Below, in pieces: positions 50,172 to 62,089 of a stretch of 64,000 nt of DNA. Each line of letters begins with the position of its first letter. The first letter of the stretch is position 1. Made by a program: the position numbers and the translations under genes. Location: the NCBI GenBank assembly GCA_965203555.1, contig CBDBCY010000004.1:480001-544000 (forward strand), read 5' to 3'. Under the pieces are notes generated by a model, which worked only from the letters and a program-made list of their open reading frames with translations, was not told where the DNA came from and searched no databases. This DNA is from Acidimicrobiia bacterium (GTDB lineage: Bacteria > Actinomycetota > Acidimicrobiia > Spongiisociales > ZC4RG35).

Positions 50172-50798
50172 CGGATGATCCCACCTGTTTCCAAGCGGGC
50201 CGGACTTTACCTTGATTGACCTCGATTCATCTGACCGGCGATCTGGCGTATCCGATCAACGCCTTCTTCGGTCAGATGCTCCCCCGCTTCCATCATCAGC
50301 AGGATGCGTCGGAACTTCTCGAACGCAATCCGCTTTCTGGTCTTCAGCGGGTGCTTGACAAAGAACGGAACGATATACCGGAGCAAATGCTCGATGCTGC
50401 GCACACGGTAGGCCATCCGGTCGCCGTGGTTCTTGCGTACCACGCCGCACCCGAAATGGCTCTTCATTGCATGCAGTACCTGTACATCGCGTTCGTGCTG
50501 CACAACGGTGAACTCAGGTAGAACCTGAAAGCCGGTCTTCATGCTGGGATGAGGGTTTATCCCGACGTGAAAGCAACCTTCACCGTCCACGAATCCTGTT
50601 ATCCATTGACTGTCAAGCTTCATCGATCAATCCTGAACGTCAAGTCTCTGAGGGTTTCCATTGCAGATTGGACCTTCCCTGCGGATTGTCCCCATGTCTG
50701 CCGGATTTTTACTGCCCGCCTGTGAGGACGGACGAGTACCGGACAGCTGTACGAGGAGTTTCCCGCATATGGTTCAGTTTTACTAAGGCTGCGATTCA
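50172..50798 (-). mobile_element. Group I intron in 23S rRNA, L1931-equivalent site, 627 nt
   Basis: The insert falls exactly at CCTAAGGT^AGCGAAA. The 5' exon ends in U and the intron ends in G. IGS GCCUUAG pairs with exon CUAAGGU (U-G at the splice site). P3 CUGAAC/GUUCAG, R element CAGAGACUU and S element AAAGUCC are present. Confidence 0.95.
50207..50623 (-). CDS. Intron-encoded single-motif LAGLIDADG homing endonuclease
   Basis: 138-aa intact ORF with WITGFVDGEGCF, F.VVQH..D..VL, FGCGVV, IVPFF.KHPL.T.K...FEKF, located inside the intron. Confidence 0.96.
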   Translation of the reverse strand: MKLDSQWITGFVDGEGCFHVGINPHPSMKTGFQVLPEFTVVQHERDVQVLHAMKSHFGCGVVRKNHGDRMAYRVRSIEHLLRYIVPFFVKHPLKTRKRIAFEKFRRILLMMEAGEHLTEEGVDRIRQIAGQMNRGQSR

Positions 50799-50842
<44 letters not shown>

Positions 50843-51721
50843 AATTCAGAGCTTCGCCCGAGGGCTAACACCTCCTCTTAACCTTCCGGCACCGGGCAGG
50901 CGTCACAGCGTATACGTCGTCTTACGACTTAGCACGCTGCTGTGCTTTTAGTAAGCAGTCGTTTGGGCCTGGTCACTGCGGCCCCCTCAAGCTTCGGAGG
51001 AAAACTCCTACACTTTACCGGGGCGCTCCTTCTCCCGAGGTTACGGAGCCAATTTGCCGAATTCCTTAACCAGGGTTAACTCGCTCGCCTTGGTATTCTC
51101 TACCTGTCCACCTGTGTCGGTTTGGGGTACGGGCGCCCTGTGAACTCACTAGAGGTTTTTCTCGGTGGCATGGGCGTTCAGCGGCTTCTCCTAGAGGCGG
51201 ATCGGCGTCACGCCTCGGGCTTTTTTCGTGGCCCGGATTTACCTGGGCCACACCCTACACGTTTACCCCGGGAACAACCAACGCCCGGGTCCGCTTACCC
51301 TTCCACGTCGCCCCATTGTTGACCTCCTCCGGTCTGGGTCGACCACATCCGAAGATGCGGTCTTAGCAAGACCGGCCTTGGTCGGGCGCGCACAGAGCGG
51401 TACGGGAATATCAACCCGTTGTCCATCGACTACGCCTTGCGGCCTCGCCTTAGGTCCCGACTAACCCTGGGCGGACGAACCTTCCCCAGGAACCCTTGGA
51501 CATTCGGCGGAAGAGATTCTCACTCTCCATTCGCTACTCATACCGGCATTCTCACTCGTGCCGTCTCCACGTCTCCTCACGGCGACGCTTCTCTGTCGAC
51601 ACGACGCTCCCCTACCGATCCCGCCCAACGGACGGAATCTCGCAGCTTCGGTGCTGAGCTTTAGCCCCGTTACATTTTCCGCGCAGCGCCACTCGACCAG
51701 TGAGCTATTACGCATTCTTTA

Positions 51722-51756
<35 letters not shown>

Positions 51757-52328
51757 TTGTGCAACTCCACATCGTTTCCCACTTAGCTCAGACTTAGGGA
51801 CCTTAGCTGGCGATCTGGGCTGTTTCCCTCGCGTCCACGAAGCTCATCCCACGTAGACTGACTGCCACGCTCTCACGCAATGAGATTCGGAGTTTGACTG
51901 AAGTTGGTAGGCTTGTGGGCCCCCTAGTTCAATCAGTGCTCTACCCCCATTGCGAAACGCGTAACGCTAGCCCTAAAGCTATTTCGGGGAGAACCAGCTA
52001 TCACCGGGCTTGATTGGCCTTTCACCCCTATCCACAGGTCATCCCCCAAGTTTTCAACCTTGGTGGGTTCGGGCCTCCACGAAGTCTTACCTTCGCTTCA
52101 CCCTGCCCATGGATAGCTCGCCCGGATTCGGGTCTAGGGCATGCGACTGGGTCGCCCTGTTCAGACTCGCTTTCGCTTCGGCTCCGGTACAACTACCTTA
52201 ACCTTGCCACATACCGCTAACTCGCCGGCTCATTCTTCAAAAGGCAGGCGGTCAGAGTTCCGTAGAACTCCTCCCACTGCTTGTAGGTCAACGGTTTCAG
52301 GTACTATTTCACTCCCCTCACCGGGGTG

Positions 52329-52370
<42 letters not shown>

Positions 52371-53054
52371 CAGGAAGTAATTAGCCTTACGAGGTGGTTC
52401 TCGCAGATTCACACGGAATATCCTCCGTGATACTTGGGAACACCGCTCAGAGAGCGACAACCTTCGCCTACGGGGCTGTTACCGTCTGCGGCCCGGCTTT
52501 CCATCCGGGTTCGGCTGATCGCCGCCTTTGTAACTCTGTGACGGCGCCGACGCACCGTCCAGCGGGTCCCACTACCCCCCCGCAGCAACGCCGTCGGGCT
52601 TTCATACACTGCAGAGGTTTGGGCTGATCCCGTTTCGCTCGCCGCTACTCAGGGATTCGCTATTGCTTTCTCTTCCTCGGAGTACTTAGATGTTTCAGTT
52701 CCACCGGTTCCCTCTACCGGTCCTATGTGTTCAGACCGGAGTGACTGGGCATGACCCCAGCCGGGTTTCCCCATTCGGACATCCCCGGGTCGAAGCTTGC
52801 TTGACAGCTCGCCGGGGCTTATCGCAGCCTGCCACGTCCTTCGTCGGCTCCTGGCGCCAAGGCATCCACCGATGACCCTTGGTAGCTTGGACAGAGAATC
52901 CAAGACAATTTGCTTGTTATGAAACTTTCAAGGTGCCAGTGGAGGTCACCCGTGCCAACGTGGGCGGCGGGCTCCCTCACAGCTGAATAGTGCGCCCGAG
53001 CCGCTTGCGCGGCCCGAGTAACCGGTGACCAAGTGAGAGCATTGTTTGCTCCTT

Positions 53055-54571
<1,517 letters not shown>

Positions 54572-54741
54572 ACACTTTTTGGGAGCGGGTCGCCCCGCTC
54601 GTGTGGTGTCAATTATGTGAGTTTGCATCCATTGTTTAAGGGGTCCCGGGCCACATGAGGTGACCCGAGCTCTTTGTGGATGCCACCGACCCATCCCAAG
54701 AGGCGTGAGGCCCAGGGGTGGATCGGCGCATACCGGCTTTT

Positions 54742-54768
54742 GGCACACTATCCAGTTGTCAAGAAGCC
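54742..54768 (-). promoter_or_regulatory. rRNA leader arm of the 16S processing stem (boxA-like)
   Basis: Leader GCTTCTTGACAACTGGATAGTGTGCC is complementary to spacer GGCGCACTATTCAGCTGTGAGGGAGC (~52971-52996). A similar pair ACAAGCAAAT/ATTTGCTTGT flanks the 23S. Confidence 0.7.
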
Positions 54769-54801
54769 CGCAGGGGTTCTCCCGAAGTATCGGGCCTCTG
54801 A

Positions 54802-54831
54802 ATGATAGACACCCCCGCTAGCAAAGTCCAA
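54802..54831 (-). promoter_or_regulatory. Putative sigma70-type rRNA promoter
   Basis: TTGGAC-18 nt-TATCAT just downstream of the tyrS stop and upstream of the rRNA leader. Confidence 0.4.
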
Positions 54832-54832
54832 A

Positions 54833-56023
54833 TCAATTTCGGAGAAAAACCGACCTTCGCTTGCCCACCGTGAGAACTTTTTTTACCAACAATTCCCGCC
54901 CGACCTCATAGCCCCGAAGTGGCTTGCCGTCAATCCTGACCGCCCCCGCGTCTATCAGACGCCTGCCCTGGCTGGCTGAGGGCGCCAGCTGTGCCGACCT
55001 GAGCAATCCCGGCAGATATACCGGATCGTCGGCGGGAAGAGTGTGAGGGGGAGCGTCCCGGGGGACTTTCCGGTACTTGAACCGGCGGTCGAAATCCGCT
55101 TCGGCGGCGTTCGCCTCCCCCTCTCCCCAGTAGAGGGAGACGATTTGTTTCCCCAACAGCCTTTTGGCGGTGGCCGGATGCAGGCGTCCGTCATCGATCT
55201 GTTCGAGGATCCCGTTCACTTGCTCAACCGGTCGATCGGCCGCCAGCCGGAACCACTCTCCTAGAAGGTGATCGGGGATGGACATGGTCTTGCCGAACAT
55301 CTCGGACGCCGGTTCCGTCACTCCTATGTAATTGCCCAGCGACTGTGACATTTTTTGGCGGCCGTCGATGCCGGTGAGAAGCGGCATGGTGAGAGCAACC
55401 TGTGGCTTCTGTCCGTAGCGGGTCTGGATGATCCGACCCATCATCAGGTTCCACAACTGGTCCGTACCGCCCAACTCCACGTCCGCTTCAACCGCCACCG
55501 AGTCGTAACCCTGCAGCAGCGGATACAGAAACTCCAGAATCGAGATGGGAGTTTGCTCCGAGAAGCGATCGGCGAAGTCGGAACGCTCCAGCATCTGCGC
55601 CACCGTCACCGTCGAGGCGAGTTCCAGAATCTCGGTCATGTCCAAGGACTCCAGCCACTCCGAGTTCCAACGGATCTCCAGGGGTTCGGGGAGCAGCACC
55701 GAGCGGAATTGGTCCAGCAGCGGTTCGGCGTACGAACGGACCTCATCGGCGGTGAGGCGGCGGCGGGTCTGGCTCTTTCCGCTCGGGTCACCCACCCGGG
55801 CCGTGAAGTCCCCCACGATCAGCACGGCGGTGTGACCCAACTCCTGGAAGTGGCGGAGTTTTCGCAGCACCACCGCCCATCCCAGGGTGACCATGGGTGC
55901 GGTGGGGTCGAGGCCCAGCTTGATGCGAAGAGGGCGGCCGCTGTCCAGCAATTCTTCAAGACCTCCCGGCGGCAAGACCGTGTCGGCGCCTCGGAAGGCC
56001 AGGTTGAGATCTCTCGAAGTCAT
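54833..56023 (-). CDS. tyrS: Tyrosine--tRNA ligase
   Basis: KLGLDPTA, VTLGW (HIGH variant), GDPSGK, YPLLQGYDS, ELGGTDQ, KMSQS, C-terminal S4-like domain. Confidence 0.97.
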   Translation of the reverse strand: MTSRDLNLAFRGADTVLPPGGLEELLDSGRPLRIKLGLDPTAPMVTLGWAVVLRKLRHFQELGHTAVLIVGDFTARVGDPSGKSQTRRRLTADEVRSYAEPLLDQFRSVLLPEPLEIRWNSEWLESLDMTEILELASTVTVAQMLERSDFADRFSEQTPISILEFLYPLLQGYDSVAVEADVELGGTDQLWNLMMGRIIQTRYGQKPQVALTMPLLTGIDGRQKMSQSLGNYIGVTEPASEMFGKTMSIPDHLLGEWFRLAADRPVEQVNGILEQIDDGRLHPATAKRLLGKQIVSLYWGEGEANAAEADFDRRFKYRKVPRDAPPHTLPADDPVYLPGLLRSAQLAPSASQGRRLIDAGAVRIDGKPLRGYEVGRELLVKKVLTVGKRRSVFLRN

Positions 56024-56213
56024 GAGTTAATCCCGAGAATCTAACCGAGAAAAGGAAACCTCCATAAAGCAGGCGGAAAGGACCACAAGAGGAAGATCCC
56101 GTTCCCATAAATCCCCCGAAACGTAACCGACCAGACAGGACCAGCAAGTCCGCGCCTTTGTGAAAGCACACAACCGCCAAGCAGCATGCATGTCAAGGCC
56201 GGGTGCTGCTTCG

Positions 56214-58868
56214 TCAGGCTGACAATCTGACCACCCTGGCATTGCCCACATGGGCGTAACGGCCGGGAGTGCAGGTCAGGATGATGATCTGGCACTGCCT
56301 GCCCGCGGCCCCTATGGCGGCGCCCATTCGTGACAGACGCTCGGGATCGCTCCACCCCAGCGCGTCGTCGACTATCACGGGAGCTCCCCCGCCGTCGGGA
56401 CTTACGATGGCCGCGCACGCCAGTCGGCTCAACAGACCCAGCTGTTCGCGGGCGCCGGCGCTCAGTTGATCGACCTCCAGGGTGACGCCGTCCAGGGTAC
56501 GGCGGACCACCTCCAGATCGTCGCCCACTTCGACCCCGAATCCGGAACCGAACACGATCCGCCCGAATTCCTCGATACGTTCGACGAGAGGGGCGTGGTA
56601 GCGCAGCCGGCTCTGTTGTCGCCGCGCCGCGAACTTGGCATAGAGCAACTTGGCGGCGTGGGCGCGCGCTTGCAGGCGCTCGTGCTGACGCTGGAGGCGC
56701 CTCATCCGGCGCTCCGCTTCACCGAGGCGCGTGTACAGTCCCTCTTCCCCCCGCAGTTTCAGGCTGGCACGCAGCTCCCTTTCTTCCTCCCGGTTGTCCC
56801 GCAGCTCTCCGACCGCCCGCCGGCTGGCGGCCCGGGCATTGTCGAGCAGCACCTGGACGGAGTCGGGATCGGCGGCCCTCAAGTCCTCTCTGGCCCGTGC
56901 CAGGGAGCCGGAAGCCCCATCGACCCGGTCCTCCGCCGACCGGAGATCACCTTCCAACTGGGAGTCCGAGCGTTCCTCCCTGGCCCGCCGGAGCAAGCGT
57001 TCGGCCTCTTCCACGGCGTGCCGACCGTCCTCGATCCGCACTTCCAGGGTGGCCTTGCGTAGTTCCTGCTCGGAGCGTTGCCCGGATGCAGACTCCAGGT
57101 CGGCCTGCAGCATCCGGTACTCATCCCGGCGTTCGGCAAGCAGGTCCTTCCTCTCCGCGGCAATCTGCTTGGCTTCCTCGTAGCTGGAGGGCAGGAGCGG
57201 ATCGGAAGGTCGCTGGGCCGCGTAGCCATCGATCCGCCGGCCAATCTCCTTGATCTTTTCCTGCATGACCTCGGGGGTGAGATCACGCAGATCGCGCCTT
57301 ATGGCATCGACCGCCTCCTGACGGGTCCGCTCGGCTTCCCTGCGGTCGGCCACCGCCCGGCGAGCCGCGGCGAGATCGGAGACCCCGCCGGAAGCGCACA
57401 GGTTGCGCAACTCTTCCCGGGCACGGTTCAACTCGGTCGCCAGGTTCCGGGACTCGGGCCCGGCCTGGATCCGCAGCTCCGCCACTCCGGGCGCCAGGAA
57501 TACCATCTCCCGGGTCACCACTCCCCTGATATCTTCGCCGGCGCCGAATGTCACCCCCTCACCGTCGATCCGCATGGAGATCTCGGACAGGGCGGTCCCG
57601 GCCAGCTGCAATCCGGCACTGTACACCGCGCTGTCGGCTCGCACCACCGCCAGATGGGCCTCTTCGATTCTGGCCAGGAGGTTTTCGTCCATCCTGGCCG
57701 ACTGCAGATGGATCTCGGCATCCCTGAGGCTGTATTGAGCGGTGATGGTTCTCTGCCAGCGTTCTCGCAGTTGTTCGTAGTCGATCAGCGAGCGATGATG
57801 CTCGTGGTCCCCGCGGGCGACGCGGTGGTCGGCCTCGGCGGCGCGCAGCGCGCTTTTAGCCTCTTCCAGCGCCCTTTGAGCTTCCTGGCCGTGTGCGATG
57901 GCCGCCTCGATCAACGGGGCGGCCCGTCGAGCCTCCGCCTCCAGTTCGGCCAGTTCGGCGTTTCGAGAGTGGTGAGCGCTCACCAGATCACCACGGCGGC
58001 GTTGCTGGCTGACAATGCGGTGCCTGAGCGCCGTGGCCTCACGGTGGGCGCTTTCGTAACGTTCCACCTCGCCGCGCAGTCGCTCGGCCGCAGCTTGGCG
58101 GTTCTCCAGGTCTTGTTCGGCGCGATCGCACTCATCGCGGATGCCCACCAGGCGGGCCCGGTCGGTGCGCAGGTAGGCGACCCTGGCGGCGTCCCGTTCG
58201 ATCTCCTGGAGTTGGCCTTCCAGTTCGGCCACCTTCTCCTGTGAGTCCTCGACCCTGCGACTCAACTCGCTCCGTGCCTGCTTCACCCGGCCGGTGGCGG
58301 TCCAGTACCTCTCGCGCTCATCGCAGATTCGTCGCCACAGGTTGTCCTCACCGTCACCGGTGGCGTCGCCACCGACCGCCATGTCCAGAGCATCGACCAG
58401 GGACCGCACGTTGAATGCCGGCATGACCAATTCACCATGCCGCTTGGCGCCGGTCCATTGCTCCACTCTCAACGCCCGCCACAGCTCATGATCGAGGGTC
58501 TCGTCGAGTATGCCCCTAACCCGATCGTGGGCCTCGCGTCCGGTGACCTGCTCTTGGCGCGGCGCCGTGATGTTAAGAGTGGTACGGGGACGTCTCAGCC
58601 ACCGCTTCCGGTACGCGAAGCGGTAGGCGCCTGTGGAGACTTCGATCTCCACCTCGGGGACCTCGTCCCGGTGCACCGGCCGGACGTTCTCAATCCGCTT
58701 GGCGCGGGAGGAGTCGAGCATTTCGAGAATCAGATCGACGGCCTCGGGTATGGAGGTCTTTCCTCTTTCGTTGGCGCCTTCGATGATCGTCACGCCCTCG
58801 GTGGGGAACTCCACGGTGTCGTCGACGACGCCGCGGTAGTTGCGCAGCCGCACCCGGTGGATTCTCAC
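56214..58868 (-). CDS. Rad50/SbcC-like SMC coiled-coil ATPase (Rv1278/YhaN-like)
   Basis: RLRNYRG, Walker A GANERGKTS, long coiled coil, signature LSAGAREQ, Walker B VIVDDALG, ILTC. Confidence 0.9.
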   Translation of the reverse strand: MRIHRVRLRNYRGVVDDTVEFPTEGVTIIEGANERGKTSIPEAVDLILEMLDSSRAKRIENVRPVHRDEVPEVEIEVSTGAYRFAYRKRWLRRPRTTLNITAPRQEQVTGREAHDRVRGILDETLDHELWRALRVEQWTGAKRHGELVMPAFNVRSLVDALDMAVGGDATGDGEDNLWRRICDERERYWTATGRVKQARSELSRRVEDSQEKVAELEGQLQEIERDAARVAYLRTDRARLVGIRDECDRAEQDLENRQAAAERLRGEVERYESAHREATALRHRIVSQQRRRGDLVSAHHSRNAELAELEAEARRAAPLIEAAIAHGQEAQRALEEAKSALRAAEADHRVARGDHEHHRSLIDYEQLRERWQRTITAQYSLRDAEIHLQSARMDENLLARIEEAHLAVVRADSAVYSAGLQLAGTALSEISMRIDGEGVTFGAGEDIRGVVTREMVFLAPGVAELRIQAGPESRNLATELNRAREELRNLCASGGVSDLAAARRAVADRREAERTRQEAVDAIRRDLRDLTPEVMQEKIKEIGRRIDGYAAQRPSDPLLPSSYEEAKQIAAERKDLLAERRDEYRMLQADLESASGQRSEQELRKATLEVRIEDGRHAVEEAERLLRRAREERSDSQLEGDLRSAEDRVDGASGSLARAREDLRAADPDSVQVLLDNARAASRRAVGELRDNREEERELRASLKLRGEEGLYTRLGEAERRMRRLQRQHERLQARAHAAKLLYAKFAARRQQSRLRYHAPLVERIEEFGRIVFGSGFGVEVGDDLEVVRRTLDGVTLEVDQLSAGAREQLGLLSRLACAAIVSPDGGGAPVIVDDALGWSDPERLSRMGAAIGAAGRQCQIIILTCTPGRYAHVGNARVVRLSA

Positions 58869-59989
58869 CGACTCTCCTTTATGAGCCGGCGCAACAGGAC
58901 CAGGGCATCACGGGCCGCCGGAGCATCCTCATCCTGCTGGGCCAACTCCCTGAGGTCCTGGACAGCCTGCCGGGCGAATCCAGAGACGCCGAATTCCTCG
59001 ACATCGGTCTCATCGGGCAATGGCAGCACACCCCGGTCGTCAACTTCGAGAGCGGCCAACGGGTCTTCATGGTCCTCCAGGAGTTCCGCGAGTCGCGCCT
59101 GCTGCTTCAGGGATACATAACCCTTCACACCCAGTCTGATGATGGTCCGCTCCTTGGGCCGCAGATCGGAGAGCCACTGGTCAAGAGCGTCGAGGTCGGC
59201 ATCGCCGGTGACTTCCCAGTCTCTGCCCAGGAATCTCCAGTCGCCCACTCTTCGGCCATCCACGTCGATCCAATCCGGACCGAGGCTGACCAGCAGAACA
59301 TGCCCCGGATCGACCTCCCTGAAGGCAGTGGGCTCCGGAGCCCCCGAATACCAAACCCGGCCGGTCTCCCCCACCTCGGTCTTGGAGTGGCGGTCCCCCA
59401 GCGCCACATAGTGAATCCAACCCGCCTCGAGTTTCTCCTCCAGTTCCGCCAGCGCTATCCGCGCCGGAAGGTGGTGACCGTGGGCAAACCGGTCGAGTTG
59501 ACCGTGACCGATGACGATTCGGATTCCTTCGGTGGGACCGAGCCTCTCGCAAGCCTGGTTCACGAGGTCGGCGCGAGGATCCTTGTTTCGCCACGGGGCG
59601 GGGATCAATTCCAACCCGGGGGAGACCTCCACCGGATGGGGATCCTCGAAAACCACCACGTTCTCGGGGCACTTGGCGGTGAACGTCGGAGACCGGAAGA
59701 CCGAAGAGGCGTCCAGGGGATCATGGTTGCCGGGCAGCAGGTAAAAGGTGACCTGGGGTGTCTCCGCCATCGCTTCAAGCGCTCGGATCACTATCTCTCG
59801 CTCCACATGATTGGACTCGAACACGTCGCCGCACACCAGAACGAACCCACACCTTTCCTCCGCGGCCAACGCGCCGATCCGCCGGATGACATCCACCCGG
59901 GCCTGGCTGAAGCGCGCCTGGGCTTCCCCCTCCAGGTAGTACCTGGTCATGCCGAGTTGCCAGTCGGCGGTGTGGAGAAACCTGATCAC
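58865..59989 (-). CDS. Mre11/SbcD-like metallophosphoesterase nuclease (Rv1277/YhaO-like)
   Basis: FLHTADWQLG, CGDVFE, LPGNHD, IGHG, ALGDRH, YSGAPE. GTGA overlap with the ATPase gene. Confidence 0.92.
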   Translation of the reverse strand: MIRFLHTADWQLGMTRYYLEGEAQARFSQARVDVIRRIGALAAEERCGFVLVCGDVFESNHVEREIVIRALEAMAETPQVTFYLLPGNHDPLDASSVFRSPTFTAKCPENVVVFEDPHPVEVSPGLELIPAPWRNKDPRADLVNQACERLGPTEGIRIVIGHGQLDRFAHGHHLPARIALAELEEKLEAGWIHYVALGDRHSKTEVGETGRVWYSGAPEPTAFREVDPGHVLLVSLGPDWIDVDGRRVGDWRFLGRDWEVTGDADLDALDQWLSDLRPKERTIIRLGVKGYVSLKQQARLAELLEDHEDPLAALEVDDRGVLPLPDETDVEEFGVSGFARQAVQDLRELAQQDEDAPAARDALVLLRRLIKESR

Positions 59990-60387
59990 AACCGATGATT
60001 GTATCTCCTGGGCCTATCCCCAGTTGATCCAATTCACCAGGCGGTTGATGCACAGCATGAGCATCTACTTCCTGAACTACAACTTGCCCGCTCCCACCTC
60101 ACGCTCAAAGGTAAACCTCCGCCATGGCCGCAGGAATAACCGACCGCCGGTGGACACAAGATGACATCATCACCAGGGTCGTAGATCCATCCTGACCCGC
60201 ATCATCACATCAAAGTCGGGTGGGGGGAACCCACCACAGATTTTTCAAAGGCGTGACAGGAGCCACCTCTGGTGCAGACGGAACTTGCCGGCTCAAGCCA
60301 TTCATTACCAGGGACACGGCTACGGAGTTGAGCTCCTGGTGGCCAGTCACTGTCCTCCACTTGCTTGCTCTCCCGAGGTCAACAGCA

Positions 60388-61920
60388 TCATTGGCGCCGC
60401 TCGGCGGATTCCACCACTCGTTTGAGCAGTTGGCGCCAGATGACCGCATGCGGGATTAGAAGCGCCCACCAGTACAGCCGGCCGGCGATACCCCGGGGAT
60501 GGAATCTGGCCCGCTGTTCAAGGGTCGTCCCGCCGTGGCCGTCCTTGGCAGGTGAGACGCGCCACTCTAGCCACGCCTTCCCCGGGAGCTTCATCTCGGC
60601 TCGCAATCGCAGCAGACCGGACGGATCGCACACCTCTACACGGAAGAAGTCCAGGGCATCCCCCACGCGCAGCTCGTCGGGGTGCCTTCGCCCGCGCCGC
60701 ATGCCCACTCCACCCAAGAGCTTGTCGACCCACCCTCGGACGGCCCAAAGGCCGTTGGCAACGTACCAGCCGCGCCTGCCCCCGATGCCCGACACGGTTG
60801 CGAACACCTCACGGGGGGAGGCGGCGGTCGACTTGGACCTGACATCCTCAAAGACCGTGCCGCCGGCCCAACTCGGGTCCTGCGGCATGGGAAGAGCCGA
60901 GGTGCCCGTCGAGGCGCTGTCCATCCAACTGGTGGACACGTTGAGATCCTTCACATGGGAAAGGGCGTTGCGCAAACCCTCGTCCAACGAGAGAGGGCGG
61001 ACCTCACTGAGAAGCGCCATGTCCCGACCGTCCCCACCGACCACCACGTCGTTGCAGAGGCTGTCAACCAAAGGGCGGGCCAGTCCGATCGGGAGAGGAG
61101 TCACCAGATTCACCCAGTGCGACGACAGGCGAGGGGTGAGCAGCGGCACGGGGATCACCACACGCCTCCTGAGACCGGCCACCGCCGCATACCGCTGCAT
61201 CATCTCCCGGTAGGTGACCACCTCGGGTCCGCCGATCTCGATGATCCGATTCCGGTCGCTCGACACCTGAAGCGCAGCCACCAGGTAACGCAGCACGTCT
61301 GCAATGGCTATGGGCTGGCACCTGGTCCTGGTGACCCAGCGGGGGCACACCATGGCCGGAAGCACCTCGACGAGGTGCCGCAGCATTTCGAACGAGGCGC
61401 TGCCCGAACCGATGATCACCGCCGCTCGCAGTTCGGTGACCGGAACGGTCCCCGAAGCCAGCACGGTTCCCACCTCGTGGCGGCTGGCCAGATGATGAGA
61501 CAGCGCATCGGGATCGTCCTCACCCAGACCTCCCAGGTATATAAGGTGTTTCACACCGGCGTTCGCAGCCGCATCCCCGGTGTTGCGGGCGCCGGTGCGA
61601 TCGGCTTCCTGGAAATCCCGGGCATGACCCATGGCGTGCACCAGATAGTAGACGGCATCCAGCCCCACGAAACCAGACTCCAGCGATCGCTGATCCAGCA
61701 CATCAGCCTCCACTACCTCAACCTCGCCTCGCCAGGGGACCTGATCGAGCTTGTCGGGTGTTCGAGCCAGGCATCGAACCCGATGACCGTCCGCCAGGAG
61801 TTCCGGCACGAGCCGTCCACCCACATAACCCGTGGCGCCGATCACGCCGACCTTCAACATGATCGGCGCCTGGGACCCGGTGTTGTCGCGCCGGCGTGGC
61901 CGGACTATTGGATCTGCCAT
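60388..61920 (-). CDS. Atypical SDR with NAD(P)-binding domain and DUF2867 (YbjT-like)
   Basis: GATGYVGGRL, YYLVHAM, LRAAVIIGSGSASFE, QPIAI.DV, GG.RGWY, LRLRAEMKLPG.AWL, G.LYW. Start may be 61860. Confidence 0.9.
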   Translation of the reverse strand: MADPIVRPRRRDNTGSQAPIMLKVGVIGATGYVGGRLVPELLADGHRVRCLARTPDKLDQVPWRGEVEVVEADVLDQRSLESGFVGLDAVYYLVHAMGHARDFQEADRTGARNTGDAAANAGVKHLIYLGGLGEDDPDALSHHLASRHEVGTVLASGTVPVTELRAAVIIGSGSASFEMLRHLVEVLPAMVCPRWVTRTRCQPIAIADVLRYLVAALQVSSDRNRIIEIGGPEVVTYREMMQRYAAVAGLRRRVVIPVPLLTPRLSSHWVNLVTPLPIGLARPLVDSLCNDVVVGGDGRDMALLSEVRPLSLDEGLRNALSHVKDLNVSTSWMDSASTGTSALPMPQDPSWAGGTVFEDVRSKSTAASPREVFATVSGIGGRRGWYVANGLWAVRGWVDKLLGGVGMRRGRRHPDELRVGDALDFFRVEVCDPSGLLRLRAEMKLPGKAWLEWRVSPAKDGHGGTTLEQRARFHPRGIAGRLYWWALLIPHAVIWRQLLKRVVESAERRQ

Positions 61921-62089
61921 TTCCATAACCCCCAATCTAAGCGTCCTCACCTGTTGACGGCTGGAGGTTGATCGCCGCGGTCCGTCAGCGTGGTCGATAC
62001 AGACCTGACGGCCCAACTCCGCGTCCGATCCGCTCTCGGGCGTCCCCCGCGGCTACAACCGCGCCCCTCGTCGCGGTAGCCTTGTGGCC

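Noticed and set aside
51320-51390. Extra sequence in 23S domain III as a possible second intron or IVS
   Set aside because: Position and size fit the known insertion of high-GC Gram-positive 23S rRNA. It has no intron core or ORF.
56024-56213. Possible T-box riboswitch upstream of tyrS
   Set aside because: No T-box consensus (AAnnnGGGTGGnACC) or terminator/antiterminator is visible.
56214-59989. SbcCD-like pair as a novel defence system
   Set aside because: It matches the widespread actinobacterial Rv1277/Rv1278-type pair, and no additional partner genes are present.
59990-60387. ~400-bp intergenic region as a possible ncRNA or small gene
   Set aside because: No recognisable RNA motif, repeat or credible ORF by eye. 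An Rfam scan would be needed to exclude one.
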